Source: Bacteroidales bacterium (lineage in GTDB: Bacteria > Bacteroidota > Bacteroidia > Bacteroidales > FEN-979). Taken from it: a stretch of DNA of 63,568 nucleotides. The DNA lies in the NCBI GenBank assembly GCA_016783905.1, contig JADHVQ010000003.1, positions 1 through 63,568 of the forward strand, written 5' to 3'. A model generated the notes under the pieces. It saw only the letters and a program-made list of their open reading frames with translations. It made no database searches and was not told the origin of the DNA. Positions 30,203-40,448 of this stretch are shown here, piece by piece; the first letter of the stretch is position 1; each line of letters opens with the position of its first letter. The translations under genes and the position numbers were made by a program.

Positions 30203-31351
30203 ATGGTCATTTCAAGATTAATTCTAAGAAACTGGAAAAACTTTAAAGAGCTTGATATTGAACTTCAAGATCGGGTTTTCATAGTTGGAGCAAATGCATC
30301 TGGCAAATCAAACCTTCTGGATGTGTTTCGTTTTCTCAGGGATATAGCTAAACCAGGCGGAGGCTTGCAAAAAGCAGTAGATGATAGAGGAGGAATAGCA
30401 AAAATCCGATCCCTTGCTGCGAGAAGACATCCTGATATAGAAATTGAGGTTCACCTTTCAAATTTTGGTTCAAGAGATATTATTTGGAAATATGCAATTG
30501 GAATTAAGCAAGAACCACGGGGATACAGATTGCCTTATCTATCTTATGAGAAAGTATGGGATAAAGATCGACTAATTAGAAACAGACCGGAAGAGGAGGA
30601 CCAGAGAGATATTGTCAGACTTACGCAAACGTATATAGAACAAATTAATACAAATAAACCATTTCGGGAAATTGCAAGATTTTTTGAGAATATCCTATAC
30701 CAACATCTTATTCCTCAATTACTTAGATATCCTTCAGCATTTACCGGGCCGAATTTACCTGGGGATCCATTTGGAAAAGGATTCCTGGAACGAGTTGCAA
30801 AAGTCAATGAAAAAACAAGAAATGCATGGCTTCGTAAAATTCAAATTGCATTAAAATTGGCAGTCCCACAATTAAATGAATTAAAATATACCACGGAATT
30901 AGGATATCCTCATCTTGAAGCATTATATGAACACTGGAGACCTGGTGCTGGTAAGCAAAAAGAAGATCAGTTTAGTGATGGAACATTGCGCTTTATTGGG
31001 CTATTATGGTCATTACAAGAGGGTGATTCTATGTTATTACTTGAAGAACCTGAACTTTCCTTAAATGGAGCAATTGTTTCGAAGCTTCCACCCATTATTT
31101 ATAAACTTCAAAAGAATAGAAAACGACAAGTGTTATTATCCTCTCATAGTTCAGATCTTTTAAGTGACAAAGGAATTTCTCTAAATGAGATTGTCGTTTT
31201 AGAACCTTCCTCAGAAGGTACAAAAGCAAGTATTGCTGCTACAATAAAGGAAGTAAAAGATATGTTAGATGTAGGAATGAGTCCAGCCTCGGCCGTACTT
31301 CCAAGGATAAAACCAAAAGGCATTAACCAGCTAACTCTTAGTCTAGAATGA
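30203..31351 (+). CDS. ABC-type ATPase (AAA_21/AAA_15-like), putative defence sensor
   Basis: GANASGKSN, FSDGT signature, LLLEEPE, SSHS H-loop; no TM partner. Confidence 0.85.
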   Translation: MVISRLILRNWKNFKELDIELQDRVFIVGANASGKSNLLDVFRFLRDIAKPGGGLQKAVDDRGGIAKIRSLAARRHPDIEIEVHLSNFGSRDIIWKYAIGIKQEPRGYRLPYLSYEKVWDKDRLIRNRPEEEDQRDIVRLTQTYIEQINTNKPFREIARFFENILYQHLIPQLLRYPSAFTGPNLPGDPFGKGFLERVAKVNEKTRNAWLRKIQIALKLAVPQLNELKYTTELGYPHLEALYEHWRPGAGKQKEDQFSDGTLRFIGLLWSLQEGDSMLLLEEPELSLNGAIVSKLPPIIYKLQKNRKRQVLLSSHSSDLLSDKGISLNEIVVLEPSSEGTKASIAATIKEVKDMLDVGMSPASAVLPRIKPKGINQLTLSLE

Positions 31352-31971
31352 ATCCTATTCCGTTAAATCTTGCATTTGAAGATCAAATCAGTGAATACAT
31401 AATGCTAAAATTAACTGATGACTTAAATAAATTTTTTATCGGCTATTCATATTCAGAAGGTGGTTTTGGATATATTAAAAACAACATAAAGGGCTTTAAT
31501 GAAGCATCAAAAGGTTGCCCATTTTTTATTCTAACTGATCTTGATATACAAGACTGTGCCCCAAACTTGATAAAGTCTTGGATTAATGTTCCAATATCCC
31601 CAAATTTACTTTTTAGAGTCGCAGTAAGAGAGGTTGAAGCATGGTTATTAGCGGACATTGAAGGATTTTCTACTTATATTGGTGTTTCGCCAATTCATTT
31701 TAATAATTCACCTGAACAAATAGGTGACCCAAAATCAGAGCTTTTTCGTTTGGTCAGTCGTTCAAGAAAAAAACAAATTAAACAAGATATATTACCAAAG
31801 GATAGATTTGCGAGAATTGGGCCGAATTATAATGAAAGATTAGGCGAGTTTGTCCTGAATTACTGGGATGTTACTCGTGCAATGCAACGTTCAAATAGCT
31901 TGAAAAGAACAATTCAACGTTTATCAACTTTTCAGATTTTCGATACCATGAATGACCAATGCCAAGAATGA
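31348..31971 (+). CDS. DUF4276-like TOPRIM-fold protein, putative nuclease effector
   Basis: FEDQISE, LTDLD (DxD), EVEAWLLAD; 4-nt overlap with the ATPase stop. Confidence 0.7.
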   Translation: MNPIPLNLAFEDQISEYIMLKLTDDLNKFFIGYSYSEGGFGYIKNNIKGFNEASKGCPFFILTDLDIQDCAPNLIKSWINVPISPNLLFRVAVREVEAWLLADIEGFSTYIGVSPIHFNNSPEQIGDPKSELFRLVSRSRKKQIKQDILPKDRFARIGPNYNERLGEFVLNYWDVTRAMQRSNSLKRTIQRLSTFQIFDTMNDQCQE

Positions 31972-32037
31972 ACATGAACGACGAATGACATGAATGAGCA
32001 ACAGCAAGCAGACTGTGGACTGAAGACTGCGGACTGA
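31950..32037. repeat. Degenerate heptamer arrays (GAATGAn; (A/G)GACTGn x4) at the right edge of the island
   Basis: gaatgac caatgcc..gaatgaa..gaacgac gaatgac..gaatgag, then agactgt ggactga agactgc ggactga. Confidence 0.7.
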
Positions 32038-32045
32038 CTATGTCC

Positions 32046-34118
32046 CTACCTCCCCACCTCCTTACGTTCAATACGTATCCGGGCGTCAACCACAACCACT
32101 CGATCCCCCTCCCCCAGCAACGGATTGAAGTCGAGTTCGGTAATCTCCGGCGCGACTTTTAACAGGGCGGAGAGTTTCACTATGATATCGGCGAATACCT
32201 CTTCATTGACCCCTTTCCGGCCCCTGATTCCCTGGATGATCTGATATCCTTTCAACCGGTGGATCATCGACAACGCCTCCTCCATCCCCAGAGGTGAAAG
32301 CCCGGCTGATGTGTCTTTCAGGACTTCAATGAAGATCCCTCCCAATCCACAGAGGATGAGATGGCCAAACCCGGGTTCATAACTCGCCCCGATAAACAGT
32401 TCAATCCCCGATAACATGGGCTGGAGCAATATTCCGGTTGTCTCGGGAATCCGGATCATCCGGTTAAATTCCCGAACGAGGATCTCTTCATCCTGGACGT
32501 TCAATACCACACCGCCCACATCCGATTTGTGAACAGGGCCAACCACCTTCATCACTAACGGAAATCCCAGGTCAACTGCGGCTGTTTTTACTGCTTCCGG
32601 GGTGGTCACCACAGCTTCCCGGGCACGCGGGATCCGGCAGGCGTCCAGCAATCCCTGAATCTCAGCCGGAGATATATAACCTTCAGTTGATTGGTCAATA
32701 ATTCTCCGGATCGTCTGTTCGTCTACGGGAGGCAGATCCGGTTCAAGGGAAGCAGGGGGAGGTGTAAAGTAAACCCGTGCAAGCGCTGTTGCGAAGAGGA
32801 CCTCCTGGGGAAAATAGGTGTGACCCCAGCTGATGAAGTCTTTGATCTCCTCCCCAGCTGTCATAATGGATGGTAAGATGGGGAAAATGGGTTTTTTGCA
32901 AACTTTCATCTTTTCATCAATGACACCGTACTCGTTGAAAACCCTGGTCAGTCCGGGTGTCCCGAAAATAACCACCATCCCGTCGATTTCATCAAACTCT
33001 TTCTCTACGTAATCAATGATAATCCCTAATTGCTCTGCATTCCCGGTAGCCAGGAAGTCGATCGGGTTAGCTACCGATGATCCCTGAAAAAGATGTTTGT
33101 GCAATGCTGCAGCAGTGGGTCCTTCAAGATGGGGAACCCCCATTCCTCTGGCCGACAGGGCATCCGTAAGCATCACTGCCGGACCTCCTGCATGAGTGAT
33201 GATCGCGATATTCTTCCCCTTCAGAACCGGGAATTGAAAAACAGATGCCACATTGATCAGTTCATCCCTTCCATGACATCGAACGATTCCGGCTTTCCGA
33301 AAAAGAGCTTCCACCGCCGCATCCGGACTTGCCAGTGCGCCGGTATGTGAAGAAGCAGCCCGTGTGCCTGCCTCAGACGTACCCGCTTTGATGGCTGCAA
33401 TCTGGCATCCTTTCCGGATCAGGGAAGAGGCATGTTTCAACAACATCCCGGGTTTGGTGATGGTTTCCAGATAGAGCAACTTGGTAAGCGAACTGGAAGC
33501 AGGATCAAAGGTCTCATCCATGTATTGAAGGATATCTTCCACTCCAATCTGGGCGCTGTTTCCCACAGAGAAAACGCGTGCGAATTTCATGCCGATGGGG
33601 ATTCCGGCCTCCATGATAAAGCAGGCTGTGGCGCCTGAACCCGAAATAAAATCAAATCCGCGCGGATGTAACGTTGGGATGGGTCTTGTAAAGACACCCG
33701 CATAATTAGGGGAAAGAACACCGATGCAATTGGGACCGATCAACGAACCATTGACGCTGTTGACAATTTCCACCAACCTCTCTTCCATTATTCTTCCCTC
33801 CTTACTCTCTTCACTAAAACCTGCCGAAATGACGATAAATGCACGGGTATTTTTTCCCCGCGCAAGAATTTCCACTACGTCGACGACAAATTTGGCCGGG
33901 ATAACGATGATTGCCAGATCTACCTCCGGCAATGACGCCGGATCTTTGAAACTTTGGATTCCCTGTACCCTGTCCTCTTTCGGATTCAATACATAAAGAT
34001 CTCCCCGGTAGCCTGTCTCTATGAGATGCTGGAGGACGGCTCCACCCGGTTTATGCCTGTCGTTTGACCCCCCGACGACAACAATGCTGCGGGGTTTGAG
34101 AAGCTGTTCATTGATCAT
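32046..34118 (-). CDS. ADP-forming acyl/acetyl-CoA synthetase (fused alpha-beta)
   Basis: ISAGFSE, IGPNCIG, ASSHTGALA, NPIDFL, HKSDVGGV, ELDFNP. Confidence 0.9.
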   Translation of the reverse strand: MINEQLLKPRSIVVVGGSNDRHKPGGAVLQHLIETGYRGDLYVLNPKEDRVQGIQSFKDPASLPEVDLAIIVIPAKFVVDVVEILARGKNTRAFIVISAGFSEESKEGRIMEERLVEIVNSVNGSLIGPNCIGVLSPNYAGVFTRPIPTLHPRGFDFISGSGATACFIMEAGIPIGMKFARVFSVGNSAQIGVEDILQYMDETFDPASSSLTKLLYLETITKPGMLLKHASSLIRKGCQIAAIKAGTSEAGTRAASSHTGALASPDAAVEALFRKAGIVRCHGRDELINVASVFQFPVLKGKNIAIITHAGGPAVMLTDALSARGMGVPHLEGPTAAALHKHLFQGSSVANPIDFLATGNAEQLGIIIDYVEKEFDEIDGMVVIFGTPGLTRVFNEYGVIDEKMKVCKKPIFPILPSIMTAGEEIKDFISWGHTYFPQEVLFATALARVYFTPPPASLEPDLPPVDEQTIRRIIDQSTEGYISPAEIQGLLDACRIPRAREAVVTTPEAVKTAAVDLGFPLVMKVVGPVHKSDVGGVVLNVQDEEILVREFNRMIRIPETTGILLQPMLSGIELFIGASYEPGFGHLILCGLGGIFIEVLKDTSAGLSPLGMEEALSMIHRLKGYQIIQGIRGRKGVNEEVFADIIVKLSALLKVAPEITELDFNPLLGEGDRVVVVDARIRIERKEVGR

Positions 34119-34184
34119 TGTCAAAGTGATTTACCGGTAAAAATACTAAAAAGATATCGTATTTTTATGGCCATTATTTGCCTT

Positions 34185-35210
34185 ATGAAAGATCAGATCG
34201 TTGATTTACGAAGTGATACCGTAACCCGGCCTACTCCTGGAATGATGCAAGCAATGGTTTCAGCGAAAGTGGGCGACGATGTATTTGGGGATGATCCCAG
34301 CGTGATCGCTCTGGAAAAAAAAGCTGCCGCCATCTTTGGCATGGAAGCCGGCCTGTTTTGCCCCTCCGGGACCATGACCAACCAGATCGCCATCAAGGCG
34401 CATACCCGCCCGGGAGATGAGGTCATCTGTGACATCGGTTCGCACATCTACAAATATGAGGGCGGGGGTATCGCTTTCAACTCCGGGGCTTCGGTACGCC
34501 TGATCCAGGGCGACAGGGGCCGGATCACCGCTGAACAGGTAGCTGCCAACATCAACCCTGACGACATCCACCATCCGGTATCAAGACTGGTGGTGGCTGA
34601 AAACACCTCCAACCGCGGCGGTGGCAGTTGTTACGATGCAGGTGAACTGCAACGAATCAGTTCCCTTTGCCGGGAGCGCTCCCTGAAATTTCACCTCGAC
34701 GGCGCCCGGTTCTTTAATGCCATGATAGCAACCGGCATAGATCCCCTGGAGACAGGGACACGATTTGACTCCATCTCGATCTGCCTTTCAAAAGGGCTCG
34801 GCGCTCCTGTTGGATCGCTCCTTTTGGGTTCCGCAGAATTCATCCGTCAGGCCCGGCGGATCCGGAAAGTACTGGGAGGCGCCATGCGACAAGCCGGGTA
34901 CCTGGCAGCAGCCGGCATCTATGCACTGGACCATCACATCAAACGTCTCTCTGAAGATCATGAACGGGCAGGGAGAATCGGCAGGTTGCTTGAAGCATGT
35001 CCCTTTGTGACACAGGTTGCTCCCATCGAGACCAATATCATCGTATTCACCTTGTCCGAAGAGATGCCTGATGAACGATTCCTTCACCGTTTGAAAGAGG
35101 CAGGGATCCTGGCCATCGGATTCGGACCGCAGACCATTCGCATGGTCACCCATCTCGATGTATCGGATGCAATGATGGAGAAGCTGGCCGGGGCGCTGAA
35201 AAATGGCTAG
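34185..35210 (+). CDS. ltaE: Low-specificity L-threonine aldolase
   Basis: [33 protein letters not shown]. Confidence 0.93.
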   Translation: MKDQIVDLRSDTVTRPTPGMMQAMVSAKVGDDVFGDDPSVIALEKKAAAIFGMEAGLFCPSGTMTNQIAIKAHTRPGDEVICDIGSHIYKYEGGGIAFNSGASVRLIQGDRGRITAEQVAANINPDDIHHPVSRLVVAENTSNRGGGSCYDAGELQRISSLCRERSLKFHLDGARFFNAMIATGIDPLETGTRFDSISICLSKGLGAPVGSLLLGSAEFIRQARRIRKVLGGAMRQAGYLAAAGIYALDHHIKRLSEDHERAGRIGRLLEACPFVTQVAPIETNIIVFTLSEEMPDERFLHRLKEAGILAIGFGPQTIRMVTHLDVSDAMMEKLAGALKNG

Positions 35211-35435
35211 ACGGTATTCGTAACGCAGGACTCCCCTTCGAGTTCAATCTCCAGCGTGGAGTGCTGGATATTCAAGGTCAGCAACACCTGCTGAATTTCT
35301 ATCTTCAACGGAGTTGAGGTAAACTCCGGCACCAAGCTCTATGACGACAAAAAGCAGGTTGAGAATAATCCCAATGATAAATGCCCTGTTAACACCACTG
35401 AAGCCATTCGATCCGATGGGTTGCTGTGTGCTCAA
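35207..35435 (-). pseudogene. Cation diffusion facilitator (CzcD-like) remnant: first TM joined to the C-terminal tail
   Basis: AFIIGIILNLLFVVIELGAGVYLNSV (CDF TM1), then in a shifted frame LKIEIQQVLLTLNIQHSTLEIELEGESC* (CDF C-terminal H-x-T-x-E-x-E). Confidence 0.75.
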
Positions 35436-35442
35436 TGGAAAA

Positions 35443-36201
35443 TTATAGCCACTTGATAAATGGGATAAAAGGAGCGGTCTTTCGGGCATATTCCTCCCAT
35501 CCGGGTTGCTGTTTCAGCTTCTTCTCCAGCATGGGAACCCCTGAAATGAAACGCAAAGAGAGGGTGATTACGACAGGACTAATGACCGTTATCCAGCCAC
35601 CGGGGATCCCGATAGCGTAAAACCAGATGCCCCACCAGATAAGAGCTTCACCGAAATAGTTTGGGTGCCTTGTGTATTTCCACAATCCGGTAGTGATCAG
35701 CGTGCTTTTGTTTTTTGGATTCTGCTTGAAAAACGAAAGTTGCATGTCTCCAATCGTCTCAAACATAAATCCTATGCCGAAAATGACCAGGCCAATGGTA
35801 TCTAATGTGGAAAGTACCTCTCCCGGGTGGTAGTTGATGTACCAGATGGGATATGAGATGATGTACATGAACAATCCCTGCAAAAGAAAGATCTGGAAAA
35901 AACTTCGGAAGACAAAATTTTTCCATGTTTCCCGCCAGTGCTTATACCTGAAATCTTCCCCCTTTCCTCTGTTCCGCAGGAAAATGTAGATCGCCAGTCG
36001 CAACCCCCAGAGCAATACAAGGAAGGCAACAATGAGCTTCCGCATGTCCAGATCAGGAGCCATGGAGAGTGAAAAAGCGGTAACAATAATGAATCCCGGC
36101 CCCCAGAAGAGATCCACAATGGAATTATCCCGGCCTAACAGGGCGACAATAAACGCCAGGATCATAAATCCGAGAATCACCAGTGCTATTTGCCAATACA
36201 T
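35443..36201 (-). CDS. DUF1295 / steroid 5-alpha-reductase-like membrane protein
   Basis: [32 protein letters not shown]. Confidence 0.88.
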   Translation of the reverse strand: MYWQIALVILGFMILAFIVALLGRDNSIVDLFWGPGFIIVTAFSLSMAPDLDMRKLIVAFLVLLWGLRLAIYIFLRNRGKGEDFRYKHWRETWKNFVFRSFFQIFLLQGLFMYIISYPIWYINYHPGEVLSTLDTIGLVIFGIGFMFETIGDMQLSFFKQNPKNKSTLITTGLWKYTRHPNYFGEALIWWGIWFYAIGIPGGWITVISPVVITLSLRFISGVPMLEKKLKQQPGWEEYARKTAPFIPFIKWL

Positions 36202-36212
36202 AGCGGTGAATA

Positions 36213-38012
36213 TTACTTCAACATGAACGAAACGCCCACCACACCAGGACCAGTGTTGGCAACTAGTACCGGAGAAATGTGATCCAGGAAGAGAGGTTTT
36301 TTGCCTGTCATCTTCTCCATCTCACTGGCGTAATACCCAGCTACCTCATGATTGTCTGCATGGGTGATGGCATATTCCCAGATCTCCTGCCCTTGCAGGA
36401 TCTTGCGGATATTGGCCAGCAATTTCTTCTTGGAACCACTGACTGATAAAGATTTCCCGGATATTTCCGCCTTTCCCTCTTCATCAATTTCAATCACCGG
36501 TTTCAAATCCAGCGTGCGTGCGATAAAACTTTTAAAGGGGCTGATCCTCCCGGATTTGATGATGTAGTTCAGGGTTGGCACTGTGACGCGTATGTATGAT
36601 TTCGCAATCCAGGTATCAATTTTTGGCAGGATCTCTTCCAGCATCATGCCCTCTTCCACTGCACGGGCAACACGCAAGACGATCAGACCCAGAGCGGCAG
36701 AAAGATTTCTGGAGTTATAAATAAAAGATGGCTTCCCGCCTCTGCCTCCGACATCTTTGGCAGATTTTACACCATTCTGAAAGGTCCCGCTGAGTTTCTC
36801 ACTGATAAAGAAACCCAGGGTCGAAGCATAGTGTGTTGAAAGGTACTCATATTTATTCTGAAAATCCTTGATGGTAGGCTGCGAGGTGGTGGGACGCACA
36901 TCCGTTTGCTGCTGCATCTGGTAAAACTGCTGGGGATGCATGGTCATCCTGTCCAGGTAAAAGCTATCCCCGAAATGCACACTCAAAGGCATCATATGGA
37001 TCTGATAGCGCTCCAGAATTTCATGGGGAAGGTCACACGTGGAGTCGGTCAGGATGGCAATATCCGATTTGCGGTTGTGCATAATCTCCTGCTGCATCAC
37101 CATATCATCCACCTTCTGATAGGTTATATCTCCAAACCTGCTCAACTTGGAGAAGACCTCTGCAGGATGATCCGTATGAATATGTACCCTCATTTTACGT
37201 GGTGAACCGGCAATAACCATGGAGTCACCACAGTTTTGCAACTGTTCCCGGATCAGCTTTTTGTCCAGGTTCCCCCCTGAGATCATCGCCTCGGTACAAA
37301 ACCGGAATGTAATCTCCTCATGGAGATCGGCCACCTCTATCGTTTGCGTATCCTCTTCTGATTCAGCTTTTACAATAATCCCATCCCCTTTTGTGAAGAA
37401 ATCAAGGATCCCCTCCAAAAAATAGACAAATCCTTTAGCTCCGGCATCTACCACATTGGCTCGTGCAAGGACCTCCAGTTTTTGGGTCGTTTCAGAAAGT
37501 GACTCCACCGCCTTGTTGTAAGCCTCAATCAGGATCTTGATAAAATCATCAATGATGTCCTTCAATGCATAGAGGTATTCAGCCCAATCTTTGATCACGG
37601 TGAGGATTGTTCCCTCTACCGGGTTGGCAATGGCTTCGTAGGCATAGGTCACAGCCCTCTTCATGCTCTCAGCAAAGGACTGCACGTCAATCTTCCCATC
37701 AGCTTTGATCTCGTTGCTGAATCCATAAAGAAACTGGGCAAAGATGATCCCGGAATTTCCCCGGGCACCACTTAACGCAGCATCAGCTATGGCAGTTGCA
37801 GTCTGCTTGAGATTCTCAATCGGGATTTTTGCATCTACAATGGAACGCATGGTGGAGGCAAGATTGGTCCCGGTATCTGCGTCAGCGACAGGGAATACAT
37901 TAATCTTATTCAGGATCTTCTGATGGTCGAAGATTCGCTGTGCTCCCGCGATAATGCTGTAATAGAGCTGACTTCCGTCTAGCTCCCGTAATTGTATTGC
38001 TTCTGTGTTCAT
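36213..38012 (-). CDS. DAK2 (FakA-like)-DegV (FakB-like) fatty acid kinase fusion
   Basis: [39 protein letters not shown]; then TDSTCDL, TTSQP, SEKLSGT, GPG. Confidence 0.88.
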   Translation of the reverse strand: MNTEAIQLRELDGSQLYYSIIAGAQRIFDHQKILNKINVFPVADADTGTNLASTMRSIVDAKIPIENLKQTATAIADAALSGARGNSGIIFAQFLYGFSNEIKADGKIDVQSFAESMKRAVTYAYEAIANPVEGTILTVIKDWAEYLYALKDIIDDFIKILIEAYNKAVESLSETTQKLEVLARANVVDAGAKGFVYFLEGILDFFTKGDGIIVKAESEEDTQTIEVADLHEEITFRFCTEAMISGGNLDKKLIREQLQNCGDSMVIAGSPRKMRVHIHTDHPAEVFSKLSRFGDITYQKVDDMVMQQEIMHNRKSDIAILTDSTCDLPHEILERYQIHMMPLSVHFGDSFYLDRMTMHPQQFYQMQQQTDVRPTTSQPTIKDFQNKYEYLSTHYASTLGFFISEKLSGTFQNGVKSAKDVGGRGGKPSFIYNSRNLSAALGLIVLRVARAVEEGMMLEEILPKIDTWIAKSYIRVTVPTLNYIIKSGRISPFKSFIARTLDLKPVIEIDEEGKAEISGKSLSVSGSKKKLLANIRKILQGQEIWEYAITHADNHEVAGYYASEMEKMTGKKPLFLDHISPVLVANTGPGVVGVSFMLK

Positions 38013-38539
38013 TTGATCTTTTTGCAATCGGAAAGTTTCCCCGAATCAATAATCTGGTTCAGTTCCCTGACGATGTCATTGTATTGATAGCGGTTTCCGC
38101 ATTGATACATCTCCAGGAGCGGATCTTTATCCAGCAACTGCTGAAACAAATCATCCGCACTCGGGGTTTTGGTCTGAGCTTGATAAACATCGTAAGTGAT
38201 GGAAAGAAAGGCCACATCGGGGCCGATTCCACGGTTGTCCAGGAAAAATCCCCCGCACAATGGTTGGGGATAAACGGCTGTGCCCTGTTTCCGGATATCC
38301 GAAGCATCCGGATAGGAGGTAATCCTTGTTTTGTCTCCAGAGAGTGAAACCGGAACATACGACGTATAATCCGCTCTGGTCTTGTAAATAATACACGGGG
38401 GTAATGCCATCGATGATCCTCCAGTTTGCTCCTTTATTTCAGTGGTGGCAGCAGTAACAGGTTGTGATTTTTTTGAACAGGAGACCAGGGAAATCCCCGA
38501 AAAAAGGATGGCCCAAGATAATACAAAGAGTTTTTTCAT
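38009..38539 (-). CDS. Hypothetical lipoprotein
   Basis: Signal peptide with lipobox LVSC; its stop overlaps the next ATG. Confidence 0.7.
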   Translation of the reverse strand: MKKLFVLSWAILFSGISLVSCSKKSQPVTAATTEIKEQTGGSSMALPPCIIYKTRADYTSYVPVSLSGDKTRITSYPDASDIRKQGTAVYPQPLCGGFFLDNRGIGPDVAFLSITYDVYQAQTKTPSADDLFQQLLDKDPLLEMYQCGNRYQYNDIVRELNQIIDSGKLSDCKKIK

Positions 38540-38709
38540 AGAGTCTCTGTTTCAGATACCACTGATGAGAAAAATAGTTTCAGCATGCAAATATAAAAAA
38601 TATAAAAAAAAGTGAATGTGTTTAGTTGAAAACAAAGTGTTAAAATATTGTAAATTATTGTAATGAACCATTCGATTTGTATATTTTTGCAGCATAATAA
38701 TTCAATCCT

Positions 38710-39180
38710 ATGCGAACCATCATATTATCTTGTATTTTCCTGTTATCTGCAGCTGATATATCCAGTGCCCAGCAGGCTGATCCCAACAATCCACAAATCT
38801 CAAATCAGAATGCTCCGGAGATTACATTCGAAAAGACAGTCCACGACTACGGTACCATTGTGAGAGGAAGCAACGGAACGTGTGAATTTCAATTCACAAA
38901 CACCGGAAAAGAACCACTGATCCTGTCTAAACCGATCTCTTCATGCGGGTGTACAGTCCCCACCTGGCCCCAGGAGCCGATCCTGCCGGGAAAAAGCGAT
39001 GTGATCAAGGTGACCTACAACACCAAGAACATCGGTCCGATTAACAAAACGGTGACGGTCTACTCCAACGCTCAGACAAACAGGGTGATGCTGTCAATCA
39101 AAGGAAACGTGATTGCAGCTCCCGTCGAAACTGTTCCGGAAAAACATAACGACATTGGCGCAACACCTGTTAATAAATAA
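38710..39180 (+). CDS. DUF1573 Ig-like secreted protein
   Basis: FTNTGKEPLIL...SCGCTVP...PILPG...KTVTVYSNA. Confidence 0.88.
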   Translation: MRTIILSCIFLLSAADISSAQQADPNNPQISNQNAPEITFEKTVHDYGTIVRGSNGTCEFQFTNTGKEPLILSKPISSCGCTVPTWPQEPILPGKSDVIKVTYNTKNIGPINKTVTVYSNAQTNRVMLSIKGNVIAAPVETVPEKHNDIGATPVNK

Positions 39181-39207
39181 CTGAGCCCGTTCTAAGAACC
39201 GATCGCG

Positions 39208-40404
39208 ATGCCAAACATCTCTGCCCGGGGAGCGCACATGCCTGCTTCTCCTATCAGAAAACTTGTTCCGTATGCCGAAGAGGCAAAACGAAAAGGAATT
39301 AAAGTCTATCACCTGAACATCGGACAACCGGATATTGAGACACCACCCAACGTGATGGATGCCATCCGGAACATCAGCATGAAAGTAGTGGAATACAGTC
39401 ACTCTGCCGGCATTCTCTCCTACCGTCAAAAACTGGCTGACTATTACAGGCGGAACCAGATCGAGATTACCCCGGATGAGATGATCGTAACCACCGGAGG
39501 GTCTGAAGCCATCCTCTTTGCCATGATGAGCTGCCTCGATACCGGGGATGAGATCATTATCCCGGAACCCTTCTACGCCAACTACAACGGATTCGCTATT
39601 GCTGCCGGCGCCGTGATCAAACCCATCGATTCATTCATCGAGGATGGATTTGCACTCCCCCCGATCAGCTCGTTCGAAAAAGCAATAACGCCCCGGACAA
39701 AAGCCATCATGATCTGCAATCCGAACAATCCTACCGGGTACCTTTACTCCCTCGATGAACTGGAAACCCTGAAAGAGATCATCCGGAAATACGACCTCTT
39801 TCTATTCGCAGACGAAGTGTACCGCGAATTCTGTTACGATGGGAAAAAGCACCATTCCGTGATGAACCTCAAGGGCATCGAAAACAATGTGGTTCTGGTG
39901 GACTCCGTCTCCAAACGGTACAGCGCCTGCGGCGTGAGGATTGGGGTGTTGATCTCCCGCAATAAAGAGGTGATGTCAACTGCTATGAAATTCGCACAGG
40001 CGAGGCTAAGTCCTCCTTCCCTCGGACAGGTAGCCGGTGAAGCTGCAGTAGATACGCCGGATGCCTACATGCAGACTGTGCTGGATGAATATGTCCAGCG
40101 CCGCAACATCGTGGTAGAGTCGATCAACCGGATGGAAGGGTGTTTTTGCCCGAATCCGGGAGGAGCGTTCTATGCAACAGCCAGGTTGCCGATCGATGAC
40201 TCTGACAAATTCTGCCAGTGGCTTCTGGATAGTTTCAATTATGAAAAACAAACCGTGATGCTGGCACCGGCTACCGGATTCTATTCTACCCCCGGGAGGG
40301 GCAAAGATGAGGTCAGGATCAGCTATGTGCTCAATGTCGACCACCTGGAAAAAGCAATGAAGTGCCTGGAAGAGGGACTCAACGTCTATCCAGGAAGAAA
40401 ATAA
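39208..40404 (+). CDS. PLP-dependent class I/II (aspartate) aminotransferase
   Basis: NIGQPD, CNPNNPTG, DEVY, SVSKRYSACGVRIG. Confidence 0.92.
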   Translation: MPNISARGAHMPASPIRKLVPYAEEAKRKGIKVYHLNIGQPDIETPPNVMDAIRNISMKVVEYSHSAGILSYRQKLADYYRRNQIEITPDEMIVTTGGSEAILFAMMSCLDTGDEIIIPEPFYANYNGFAIAAGAVIKPIDSFIEDGFALPPISSFEKAITPRTKAIMICNPNNPTGYLYSLDELETLKEIIRKYDLFLFADEVYREFCYDGKKHHSVMNLKGIENNVVLVDSVSKRYSACGVRIGVLISRNKEVMSTAMKFAQARLSPPSLGQVAGEAAVDTPDAYMQTVLDEYVQRRNIVVESINRMEGCFCPNPGGAFYATARLPIDDSDKFCQWLLDSFNYEKQTVMLAPATGFYSTPGRGKDEVRISYVLNVDHLEKAMKCLEEGLNVYPGRK

Positions 40405-40418
40405 TCCGGAGAGAACCC

Positions 40419-40448
40419 GGATCTTTCAGGATCATTCAGGATCATTCA
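40419..40448. repeat. Decamer tandem (GGATC(A/T)TTCA)x3 between convergent genes
   Basis: ggatctttca ggatcattca ggatcattca. Confidence 0.75.
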
